Below, in pieces: positions 38,400 through 50,366 of a stretch of 64,000 bases of DNA. A model generated the notes under the pieces. The model was not told the DNA's origin. It did not search any database and saw nothing but the letters and a program-made list of their open reading frames with translations. The translations under genes and the position numbers were made by a program. Where the stretch lies: positions 2,767,721 to 2,831,720 of the forward strand of contig CM120648.1 in the NCBI GenBank assembly GCA_051362555.1, read 5' to 3'. Source of the DNA: Lingula anatina. Its lineage: Eukaryota; Animalia; Brachiopoda. Position 1 is the stretch's first letter; every line of letters begins with the position of its first letter.

Positions 38400-41300
38400 T
38401 GTGCCTTCTTTTTGTACTTTGTCTCATTTTTACCGCTGCTATTGTATTTACCGCTGCTATTGTATTTAACTCAAACAATCTGCGACCTACATATTCACAA
38501 TGACATAACATTTCGTTATACGCGACAGAAGCTAAATGCAAAGAAAAAGAAAATACATAGAAACACCCTTTGTCGGACTGGGTCTTTAAACACATTCTGT
38601 TTGCATAACGTGTCCCGCTTAGAGCAAAACATACTTTTTTCTGTGTGTTTTGCCAGGGTAAATCATACGCTTGCTATTCAATCTACTTCTTTGTCGTGAG
38701 ATGTTTGTGTTTAGTATTTTCAGCTTTTATTAACCTTCCCCGGTACCTGTCGATTTTCAATTGCAGTGACGAGAAATTGCGCAGTCACTGGAGAGGTCTA
38801 ACAGTCCCAGTGGGGCAAATTTAGGGGGACAAGAAATTAGATTATGATCATCTGAGGTTTAATCAAAACAGTGTAAACTTCTGGTGAGTTTATCAAGGGA
38901 AGTTCTACATTAATTTGACCATATAAGCTGAATTAGACAGCACCTGATGTCGTGTTTGTTTGTTTTAATGGCGTCGTGTAGCTGTGATTGGGTGTGATCG
39001 ATTATCCGTCGTCTTCCAACGGTAGCATTAGTGATAACATATGTTTTTTGACATTTATTTTGGACATCCAAAATTAAAAAACAAATACATATATGTAAAT
39101 GCAGTATACATTCTACACGTACACACACACACACACACTCTCACTCTGTGATCGATGACATATTTGTTAAATAGGCAAACGGTTAAAACAAGAGTGACAT
39201 GACAGATAAAACCAGTTTTAATAATGATATATGCGCTGCTTGCACATGCATATACAAGTATATTGTACATGTACAGATTTCCCAGACAGCAAGATGACAT
39301 CGGCATGAAGTTGTCCCAACGCCAGCTTGGTTAAAGGACTACTGTTGGCCCAACGTCTTGAAGTCAATCGCCGGCATAAGGGCAACGTATGGTTGCTCAT
39401 CGGCTCGACATAAGCTATACCGTAGGCACAATTTCAGTAAGTCAACTAGCCATGTTTGGCCAACGTCATTTGTCCAACCATTTCCCCGACATTGGGCCAA
39501 CTTCATGCCAGCGTGAGATGATGTCAATAGCTACACTTGGGGCAATGATGGTTGTTTTATTGATTACTACAAAAATCAATTGTTCTATATATATAGTAGG
39601 CATGGCAATGACTTTTTAGTTACAATTTCCCATCTGATTCAATACAAGTTAAACGTTTACATTAATAACAACATAATTAGTGGAAGTTCTTTCAGAGTTA
39701 AGAAAATACTCGTATACATGTACAGTACATGTCCAAGTACAGCATTTAGGACACATTTGATATATTTAATTGCATGATTACCTATTTTATTCATGTAAGG
39801 GATAGTGACAAAGTGCTTCGTCCCATTGACAAACTTTTTTTCTTATTTCAAACAGCCCAAGGCCTCTTAACATTTGCCACAGTAAGCCCATGGTGTGTTG
39901 GAAATTCAAACTAATTTAGTCACTCTGAAATAGTGTCCGGAAAGATGGGGACAGGTGCTAGCATCGTCGCTGGAGAGGTCCTTAAAGAAACAGTACGTAT
40001 CCTTGCGGTGCCAGACAAATCGCCGAGGCAGTCACAAAAAGACCAAAGACAGAAAGCAATCCGCCAGAGAGAGCTAGACATGTTTCGCGATAGATGCCTG
40101 CAGTTCGCCGAGTTTTTGAAACGTGTGCGTGCCACAAACTACGAACAGAGGAGGAAGGAAATACATGATGGGATTTTGTACCACCTTCGGAAGCCTTATG
40201 GTTGTTTTAGAAACCGAGAGCAGAGACTTATTTTAGGAGATGATGTAACTGAGCTCGGGCTGGTCTCCTTGTTGGTGGACTATTACAAGGCTTCATTGGA
40301 CTTTTTTGATATTAAGGCAGTGACATACTATGAAGATGGCACAGAGTGGACCACCGAACTGAGCAATTTGCGGTCTTTCTTCTGGGACTACAGTGATGCC
40401 AGTCCACAATTTGCTGAGCAACTCGCACGCTCTGGCTACTTGGAGCTTATGATGAAGGACCTAGACGCCGTACAGATCGGGATACAAAACAACACATTGC
40501 AAGAAAATGTACGTTACTGTGTTCAAAACGCCATTCTTTTGAATGTTTCGTGGTTTTTAAGACTTGATAAACTATTCTTTGTTTCATGATCATTCATAAA
40601 ACATTTAATGACTCCCTACGTCAGTATATTAATCAAACTTAGACATCCTGGAAATATTTTGAAACCAGCGGCCTTTGGTGCAAAACATCCATGAGAACTA
40701 TTTGTGATGAAATACATATTAATAATGAAAGGCAAATGTTTTATTTTCGACGAAAAGATAAATTTGTATTTTGATTAAATGAAATGTCAACACACCAAGA
40801 AATAAATAAACATGAAGCGTTTTAATTCTTGTTTTATAGAACAAAGGGACATTGGGAGCCGTACAAACAGCCATAGCTCCAGTGTACAACTGTTCAAAAC
40901 TCGACGCTATAAAAGACATTTTCCAGGAGCTTGACGTCTTGGAGAGAATCGAACCTTACTTACAGTCAACTGATGAGAGTAAGTATTCGATATCATATCT
41001 TGAGGTCTGATTTAAATAACATTATATCAGTATATTTCTATAATTGTGAAACTAAACTCGGGGAAAAGTGAAACATGCTTATTGTGGTAACTCAACAATG
41101 GTAGATACGTCCTTCAGCCACGGTTGTGCTACCTTGCGCGTTCCTTGTTTCAAGAAGTGCAGGAACACCTACTTTTACGTCATGAGCTGAGCACGTTTAT
41201 TTCAGAGATAAAAGCAGAAGCGACCTTAATCAAATGTTACATCACAGACGAACAACAAAACGATTTGTTGACAACAGACGAAACCGTATTCATGTTTCTC

Positions 41301-42150
41301 ATTAACGGACTGGAGAAAGCGCTGGAAGCGGAGAAAAGAAGATTTCGAGGGTTGTCAACATCTGAACTGGCTGAAGCATTGGGGGTACTTGCTAGACACG
41401 AGAATGATAAAGTAGCTTTAGTGCAGCACGGCGCTATACCACTTCTTGCTACTATGCTTATGTCACCTGATGAAGAAGATGTAAAACAATCAGCAAAAAC
41501 GCTGTGGAAACTTTCCCTTGATCAAGAAAACAAAGCAAAAATAAAGGTAATTTCCATAGTTTTTGATTGTAATAAACGGGATATTTTTCCCATCAAACTA
41601 TTGCAGAGTTTCGTGATTATGAGTATTGTTTGACATTTATTCCCTAAATGTATATTGCGTAAGTTGTATATGAACATCCTAAAAATGACGTTTGTAAGCC
41701 GAACGGATGAAATGAATTTCAAAACCAATTTTAAAAAGCTGAAAATGTGGTAGGTTACAGTGTTTTGAATATTCCTATGGAATAGCTATTTTGGCAGTTC
41801 ATCATTTTAGCGTATGTATCCAGTCGTGCTTCTACAAAAATGTTATATTTGGTAATTATCCCAAATTTAATGCTCTATTGTTGGGAGATGGCTTTCAACA
41901 CTTTTCAAAATGCCTACTGTTTAAGTTGGAAAACCAGTGGCAATATATTCTTCAAATATAATTTGGTGTCTATTTTAGGAGGTTGGAAATTGCATAGACA
42001 TGCTTCAAACACTTTCCCATCACTCTAGTAATGAGATAAAGAACACCGCGTCAAGAGTGTTGTTGGCACTGGAACAGAATCAGGGACAAGCTGAAGGTAG
42101 GTCGCATAAATACCATTATATAGCGTAGGGTTCAATTAAGCCTCGCTTTA
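38400..42150 (+). repeat. Segmental duplication, copy B
   Basis: Colinear with 26500-30047; similarity ends ~50 bp into the intron after the last ARM exon. Confidence 0.92.
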
Positions 42151-45100
42151 ATAAACGCGTTTATTGCGTATTTTGTGCTCCAATCTATGATCATGTTTTT
42201 TTTAAATTTTTATTGGATCTTACCCGGACATTAAAATGAAAAATTTCCAGAAAGTGAACGATAAGTACCGCATGCGCTGATAATATATTAATTAAAATTG
42301 TTGTCCTTTCAAGAAGAGTGTACAGAAAATCCCGTGAGCCTGGTGGGTCTCTAGTCGTAGAACTAATAAATAAATTAAAAAAAAAATAAATAAACAAAAG
42401 ACATGAATCAACCCCGACTTCGAGTTTCACGGGCATACCCAGAACGATGAGGATTTTCAAATAACAGTGTGAGTAGTAAGAGAGGAGTTCCAGAAGCTGC
42501 AAAACCAAGAGGCGCCATATACTTTTAATGCAGTTTTTTTAGATCGTAAATGAGGCGTAGCAAGCGAATGTTAATGACGAATGCACTTGATGGCCTGGGA
42601 TACCTACGAGGCGACGCAACAAGCAGAGAGCGGGCGGGTCTTATCGATCAAGTGGATTTGTCAACAAACTAACACTTGAAGAACGTGCAGGCGGATTTGC
42701 AAATATCGCTTTGTAAGCGAATGTCAATGACGAGGTACTTGGATACCTACAAGGTAATATCTCAAGTAGAGAGAGATAAACGGATGTGTCAGCAATCAGA
42801 CAGGCAGAGTCGACAAGGCAGCAGACTTGTTTTGCTTAAAAATAGCAGAGTCATTTTATTTCACCAAAGATGGCCATGCTGTATTATATAAGTTTTCTAA
42901 TATTTGCTATTAAAATGAAGGAAAAAAAAGTGCAAAGTCATGTCATTCGGTCGCCTATAATACCCCGATAAATATTTGACATGCAAAGGTTTAAATCTTT
43001 ATGTTTTGGTGAAAAATTGCAGAGTCATTTTAATTTTGCCAACGACTGTAGAGTTGAAACGGTGTATTATATAATTATTTTTTTATATTTTAAAATAAAG
43101 AAAAAGACCTGCAAAGCTCCACCATTTCTCGGTGTTAATACCACTCCACCATGCCAGCAAAAATTGTCATCGATGACTGCATTATTTGCTTGCGTTTGGT
43201 CAGACACTTAATTACTAATGTACAAATCGAGTAATGCAAAACAACGTACATGGTTCACGACCAAGAAAAAACAAAAAAGAACTGTGCTGTGAACTTTAAA
43301 CAAGCAGTGTCTTATGCTGAACGCTGTCATGCATAGCGCCTTCGAGCTATATAACATTCAATGTTCACATGCCTCGCTCGTGAATTCAAATATTGCAAAC
43401 ATGTCCAGGCATGTTTATGTTTACTCAGATAAGGTGGACCTCTGGTCAACAAAGATATACCACCGACCAGGGGAAACTATAGCTATCAATGCTTTTTTTA
43501 ATTGTTGTTTTCCTTTTTTAAAGTCTTATTATTATTATTTTTTTGCGTATTTAAAATTTTATAACATCATTTTCTGTGTCTTTGAAAATCTTATCTTGAC
43601 TGTTTTGATTACAGTCGCGTCCCTTCTTTACAAATACCAATAAAATGACCCTATGAAATAAATGAGATATACTGAAAGTGAGGGAGGAGGATGTAAAAAG
43701 GAGGATGATTAAGCGAGGGGGAGGAGGGACAGTTAGTGAGGAGGAGGGTGTAAATATATAGGTTTAATATAAATAGCTTACTCCTTGCTCTAACTTCTCA
43801 TTCTTTGACAAGATGCTGAAGTGTCCAGAGTGCCAAAAAACCTTCTCCAGAAAGGACAACTTGAATAGACACGTAATGAGTGTACACCAAGCGAAAGCTC
43901 AGCTTAATCTGCAGGCTGGTAGTGAGTGTGGACCACTCATGTCCCCATTTACTGCCATGGTGACTGGTCCGACTGGCAGTGGAAAATCGGTTTTCGTGAA
44001 ACGATTGATTGCACACGCCCAATCAATGATTACACCGCGCCCACAGAAAATAACTTGGTGTTACAATATCTGGCAACATTTATACGAAGTCATGCTGGTC
44101 GAGGCAAAGGGTTTTATTACGTTTCATCAAGGCATTCCTTCCTATATCCAAGATGACGATTTCTTTGATCCTAAAGTGAACAATCTCATTGTATTCGACG
44201 ACCTGTTTGCCGAGGTGGCGGTTGATAGCAGAATACGTAACTTATTTACCAAAGTGTCACACCATCGCAATGTTAGCGTCATACTTATTAACCAAAACCT
44301 TTTTCCCAGAGAGAAGGAAGCCAGGGGCCGGTTTCACAAAGCAGTAGTTAGTTAGAACAACTAACTACTGAACTACCTCGCTAACGAGCAAACTTAGCGA
44401 TTTTCGAAGGGTGTTTCACGAAGCAGTCGTTAACTCAACGAGTCGGCTACAGAGACGGATGGTAGTGAATCGTAGCCATGAGGAGGAGAGGTTGCCTGCT
44501 TAAAAGCTCGGAGGAATTCCTTAACCTCACCGGGGTACATCTGCTGGGCTAATGTTCTGACCTGCAATGTGTCTCTAGGGCTTTTAAAGAGGACGAGATA
44601 ATGACAGTTCAAGGAGATGGTTCTGGGGCCGGTTTCACAAAGCAGTAGTTAGTTAGCGATCGGTAGTTAGCCTCTCGCTAGTTATAGTGCCGTTTCACGA
44701 AGCAGTCGCTAGTTCTCTCGCTCGTTATTGTCTCGTTGTTGCCTTGGATATTTAACAACTGGTCAGACCAGTCGCTAACTCTAGAGTTTCATCGTACGCA
44801 TGCGTAATGAGTGAAATAAAAAGGTTGCTTAGTTACCGTTGTCTGTCGTTTGTCTTTGTATCCAATATGGCGGCTACTTTTCTTGCTATCCGTACCGCCA
44901 GACGGCAACGTAGACTACGACGTTTTCATGAAAGGCAGAATCTATTAGTCAAAAAGGTTTCATTTATGCTAGATCCTGAAATTTGATTTACCTGTTGACT
45001 GTTTATGTCGTCATACACATGGGACAGCTTGTGTGCTCCTTCATCTCTGTTCATGGTGTGTTTCTTCCTTCTTATCCAGATCGATTCCAAAACTTCTCAA

Positions 45101-47562
45101 ACCCATCCTGGGGGGAGGGGGCGAGAGGGGCTAACAAGTCATCATCAAGACTGAGATAATTACCTGTTCACCTTCACCTGAACAGGTAATTCAGTTGTGA
45201 CCAAGTCTGTCAGAGTGAACAGACGAAACAGTCAACAGGTAAATCAAATTTCAGGATCTAGCATAAATGAAACCTTTTTGACTATCAAAACTAAGATCCA
45301 ATGAAACTGTTTTCACAGAATCTATTAGAATATACACACGATGATGCAATTTACGAGAGGTTGCGCCTAGCTGTGACAAAAAGAGCGGCAAAAAGGTGGT
45401 GGAGATCCTTTACGACGACCTCAAAGCAGACGTTCTTATGCATTTCCAGCCACCACAAATTGGAGAGTTAGTGCTTTCGTGACACTTTTACGCAAGAGTT
45501 CCACTTCCGGCAGACGGTTTCGAGACTACGGTGAGTAACGAGAGAACTAACGACCGAACTTTACGACTGAACTTAGCGATGAGTTAACGACTGCTTCGTG
45601 AAACACCCTTCGAAAATCGCTAAGTTTGCTCGTTAGCGAGGTAGTTCAGTAGTTAGTTGTTCTAACTAACTACTGCTTTGTGAAACCGGCCCCTGGCTTC
45701 CTTCTCTCTGGGAAAAAGGTTTTGGTTAATAAGTATGACGCTAACATTGCGATGGTGTGACACTTTGGTAAATAAGTTACGTATTCTGCTATCAACCGCC
45801 GCCTCGGCAAACAGGTCGTCGAATACAATGAGATTGTTCACTTTAGGATCAAAGAAATCGTCATCTTGGATATTGGAAGGAATGCCTTGATGAAACGTAA
45901 TAAAACCCTTTGCCTCGACCAGCATGACTTCGTATAAATGTTGCAAGATATTGTAACACCAAGTTATTTTCTGTGGGCGCGGTGTAATCATTGATTGGGC
46001 GTGTGCAATCAATCGTTTCACGAAAACCGATTTTCCACTGCCAGTCGGACCAGTCACCATGGCAGTAAATGGGGACATGAGTGGTCCACACTCACTACCA
46101 GCCTGCAGATTAAGCTGAGCTTTTGCCTGGTGTACACTCATTACGTGTCTATTCAAGTTGTCCTTTCTGGAGAAGGTTTTTTGGCACTCTGGACACTTCA
46201 GCATCTTGTCAAAGAATGAGAAGTTAGAGCAAGGAGTAAGCTATTTATATTAAACCTATATATTTACACCCTCCTCCTCACTAACTGTCCCTCCTCCCCC
46301 TCGCTTAATCATCCTCCTTTTTACATCCTCCTCCCTCACTTTCAGTATATCTCATTTATTTCATAGGGTCATTTTATTGGTATTTGTAAAGAAGGGACGC
46401 GACTGTAATCAAAACAGACAAGATAAGATTTTCAAAGACACAGAAAATGATGTTATAAAATTTTAAATACGCAAAAAAATAATAATAATAAGACTTTAAA
46501 AAAGGAAAACAACAATTAAAAAAAGCATTGATAGCTATAGTTTCCCCTGGTCGGTGGTATATCTTTGTTGACCAGAGGTCCACCTTATCTGAGTAAACAT
46601 AAACATGCCTGGACATGTTTGCAATATTTGAATTCACGAGCGAGGCATGTGAACATTGAATGTTATATAGCTCGAAGGCGCTATGCATGACAGCGTTCAG
46701 CATAAGACACTGCTTGTTTAAAGTTCACAGCACAGTTCTTTTTTGTTTTTTCTTGGTCGTGAACCATGTACGTTGTTTTGCATTACTCGATTTGTACATT
46801 AGTAATTAAGTGTCTGACCAAACGCAAGCAAATAATGCAGTCATCGATGACAATTTTTGCTGGCATGGTGGAGTGGTATTAACACCGAGAAATGGTGGAG
46901 CTTTGCAGGTCTTTTTCTTTATTTTAAAATATAAAAAAATAATTATATAATACACCGTTTCAACTCTACAGTCGTTGGCAAAATTAAAATGACTCTGCAA
47001 TTTTTCACCAAAACATAAAGATTTAAACCTTTGCATGTCAAATACTTATCGGGGTATTATAGGCGACCGAATGACATGACTTTGCAGTTTTTTTCCTTCA
47101 TTTTAATAGCAAATATTAGAAAACTTATATAATACAGCATGGCCATCTTTGGTGAAATAAAATGACTCTGCTATTTTTAAGCAAAACAAGTCTGCTGCCT
47201 TGTCGACTCTGCCTGTCTGATTGCTGACACATCCGTTTATCTCTCTCTACTTGAGATATTACCTTGTAGGTATCCAAGTACCTCGTCATTGACATTCGCT
47301 TACAAAGCGATATTTGCAAATCCGCCTGCACGTTCTTCAAGTGTTAGTTTGTTGACAAATCCACTTGATCGATAAGACCCGCCCGCTCTCTGCTTGTTGC
47401 GTCGCCTCGTAGGTATCCCAGGCCATCAAGTGCATTCGTCATTAACATTCGCTTGCTACGCCTCATTTACGATCTAAAAAAACTGCGTTAAAAGTATATG
47501 GCGCCACTTGGTTTTGCAGCTTCTGGAACTCCTCTCTTACTACTAGTGTGTTATAGAGAACT

Positions 47563-47626
<64 letters not shown>

Positions 47627-47904
47627 TGATTTCAGCCACCAGGGTTATCACAAAGGAGGACATCGAATTTTTGAGTCAGCACTTGGGTAACCGCTGGAAG
47701 CAACTAGCAAGGAAACTGGACATTCCTGAAGGTGAAATAGAAATCATAATCCATGACCATAATGTGTCTGGACTTAGGGAGATGATACACCAAATGTTAA
47801 ACAGATGGAAGAACAGAGAGTCCACAAAAGCCACAGCTAAAGCTTTGGCTGAGGCACTATGTGAAATAGGAGAAACCCGCATTGCTGCTATGCTGCCATT
47901 GTAG
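39945..47904 (+). CDS. ARM-like repeat and Death domain protein; exons 39945-40508, 40840-40978, 41206-41546, 41979-42096, 47636-47904
   Basis: Exons 1-4 are paralogous to the upstream gene (WTTELSNLRSFFWDYSDASPQFAEQLARSGYL identical). The phase-1 donor after 42096 matches the phase-1 acceptor at 47636, giving a canonical Death domain LSQHLGNRWKQLARKLDIPEGEIEII..DH...LREMIHQMLNRWKNRE...ATAKALAEAL. The start codon is inferred. Confidence 0.82.
43813..44355 (+). pseudogene. C2H2 zinc finger fused to Polinton packaging ATPase, truncated copy in the left arm
   Basis: CPECQKTFSRKDNLNRHVMSVH; Walker A GPTGSGKS; Walker B LIVFDDL; LFTKVSHHRNVSVILINQNLF. Runs into a Harbinger TIR at 44325. Confidence 0.85.
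44626..45692 (+). mobile_element. Internally deleted PIF/Harbinger DNA transposon
   Basis: TIRs GGGCCGGTTTCACAAAGCAGTAGTTAGTTAG / CTAACTAACTACTGCTTTGTGAAACCGGCCC; TSD CTG (44623-44625, 45693-45695); relic transposase start at 44867, MAATFLAIRTARRQRRLRRFHERQNLL|EYTHDDAIYERLRL, once the nested insert is removed. Confidence 0.88.
44946..45314. mobile_element. Small TIR element nested in the Harbinger
   Basis: ~59-bp inverted repeats TAGTCAAAAAGGTTTCATTTATGCTAGATCCTGAAATTTGATTTACCTGTTGACTGTTT (from 44946) and its complement (ending 45284); the insert is bracketed by the direct repeat CAGAATCTATTAG (44936-44948, 45315-45327). Confidence 0.8.
47566..47623. repeat. (TA)n microsatellite just upstream of the Death-domain exon acceptor
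   Basis: Direct reading. Confidence 0.95.
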
Positions 47905-50366
47905 AGTCGTATACGGCACCACAGTAATCCCGAAGGAGATTAATATTTGACTTATCTTGAATACTGACAATTATTACCCATATCTAATGTACAGATACAT
48001 CAACATTTCCCAATAATGCTTTTAAAGTAGATGCTGTTATTTCTACATCGTATAATGTATCAGTGAAGACTAGGGTTGCAGAATATTATCATTGTTTAAG
48101 CTCATACATGTATATTACTAACATATGGATATTTGTTATGGTTGTTCCTTTTTTTCACTGAGCATTTAATATGAGGAGATTTTACGATATTGGAGTTTAT
48201 TTTATCTAGCTATGCTAAAAGTGACATTCGATAGGATGTGTCCAATTCTAAGCTAGCACATTATCATTCAGTTGTGTAAGGAACTTTATATGTTTATCTG
48301 CTTTGTAAGTATTTTGTTTTCTAAAATTACAATATTATTATTACAGGTATATTGTAAGTTTCATACATATCATATTACACCGTGGGTGCATCTATATCTG
48401 TACAGAGAGGTTTTATTAAACCCTAAGACGGCACGGCAGAGAGGGTATACATTGAATGGCTATAGCACCTTGTTCTAAATTAGATTTGTCCGTTAAATCC
48501 GACTCAAATACTGTAAAATACAGTAGGTATGTACAGTGTTTATGATACATGTAGGTATGTTACTTAGAATTTTTCAAAGTCCCTACGTGAAACAAAGTGC
48601 TTAACATGGAATGGAATTCACAAAGGTAACATTTTACAAATTTCATGATAATTAAAGTGGGTTGGGAGTAACTGAAATTATCTCTGCATAGATATGATAA
48701 TAGATATGATACATATACTACAGTTCTTGCCTCCTGTATGTAATGTATTATTCACAGTTGCAAAAGCCACATACAACATGGTATCTTGTGTCAGTGACTA
48801 TTAGTGGACTCACCGTACATTTCATGTATAGTATAGTCGATGGCAAAATGGGTATATCATGTAGGTGATAAGGTGTTCATGAATTATATTTAGTATGCAC
48901 ACTATGTGCTCCTTTTATGATTTGAGTTTTGAAAGCTATAATTTTTTATTAAATTACTAGTACTTACAAACAGGCGTGATATTGTATATGAGCAACTACG
49001 TATCCACTTATATCCTGTTAATATCCTTACATCTAATTTATGTTAAGAGTGGCATTTTTGGCTTCTTGTAATCCCACTTTTGCTGGGATAATTTGATCTG
49101 AATATGTCACAGTTTACGCTGGTAGCAAATATATCAAAATTTATAAGATAAAATACGTATATAGATGTGCAATTAGAATACAAATGCGACTAAATAGCTT
49201 GAAATAAATACATCTGAATATGCCCTTTTTTCTTTTTCTATCTGTCCTTCGACGTTTGTGTAGTCGTTATGCGATGAAGACGTTTCCTCAGGATCGCAGA
49301 AATCTTTATGTCTCCTCCATCCCAGTGCACCACAAACTTGCATAGTCCCATTCATAACAGAAGAGAAGGCAACAAAGACTATCAGTTGTTCGTGATTTGG
49401 CCAAACAAGGCCGCTTTTATTATATAAACTCACTATCCTAATAATTTTATCAATAATAACAATGTAGCAAAATGTTGCCTGCATTAACTGTTATGGCCTT
49501 AGGGATAAAAATTAAATATGAAATATTAAATAACACTCATCGTCCTAAAAATAATGATGTGACGAGTCAGCAAAAGTAATTATTTTCAAACAATTTTGCA
49601 CGATCCCGAAATCTATAATATCCAAATCGCATATTACTATCTGAAATGTAGGAATCACACTTCAGTCTTTTGACGCTGTAAAAAATTAATTACTGTTCGG
49701 CATTTCCATCCATTCGATGGCCTGTGTCATGATAACTGGTCAGATATCTGTTCTTACTCTGTTTTTTTACTAAGGGACGCGTTGCCTCTAACCAGTGTGA
49801 TTTTTTTCTTCTGTGGTGGACAATATGACATTCGCAAACGGCAAAAATATTCTCATTGGCAGTTTTCCGGGATTTGAAACTTAAAATGTTTTTCTATCAA
49901 CAATTTTTAAGATATTTCCCACAATTGGCACAATTCTCAACGTCATCGTCGGCGTCTCACCTTCGTGTCATTTTCGCTAATACCGTAAGTATGGGTACAT
50001 AATTTCCGAACGCTGCATAAGGAACAAGTGACGATAGCACTCAAGATTAGAATGAAAGAATTTTTTCTTTGGGAAATGGCAGTTCATAGGATAAGATGCT
50101 CCAATAATGACTCAGACGGTGAAAACATTACAAAAATAGTTACAAGTGAACATTTCTTTTTTTTTTTCGTTTTTCCCTTTTTTAAGCATTAAATCTATAA
50201 GCAGCCACATTACAATTTAAATCTATTTTCTGGGGGTATTGATTTCATAAAGTATTCCTTAGTTGAATTTACCAATGGTAATCACGGCTACGACACACGC
50301 ACGTGATGGCTGTGTAAAAAATGTGGTCAGCACTTGAATATCCAGCTCTGTAGTATATATAATAAA

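Larger units (their letters stand above)
44472..46204 (-). pseudogene. ZnF-packaging ATPase, original copy, split by a Harbinger insertion (46204-45693 plus 44622-44472)
   Basis: Removing 44626-45692 and one TSD restores ...FPREKEARTISLNCHYLVLFKSPRDTLQVRTLAQQMYPG...AFKQATSPPHGY, the usual Polinton ATPase C-terminal half. Confidence 0.88.
42472..47544. mobile_element. Polinton/Maverick-derived non-autonomous element with ~1.97-kb inverted arms (42472-44437 and 45580-47544)
   Basis: Termini AGTAGT...ACTACT; 6-bp TSD AGTGTG (42466-42471, 47545-47550); encodes an A32/FtsK-like packaging ATPase typical of Polintons. No pPolB, integrase or capsid ORF. Confidence 0.9.

Noticed and set aside
42676-43643. 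Short ORFs mirrored on both strands (also 46374-47340)
   Set aside because: A by-product of the inverted arms; AT-rich with no motifs.
43813-44355. Host zinc-finger gene or bacterial contamination
   Set aside because: Intronless ORF inside an element with Polinton termini and TSD, embedded in a spliced host gene.
44325-44780. Repeated GTTTCAC(A/G)AAGCAGT motifs resembling a CRISPR array
   Set aside because: These are Harbinger terminal and subterminal repeats with irregular spacing in eukaryotic DNA; no cas genes.
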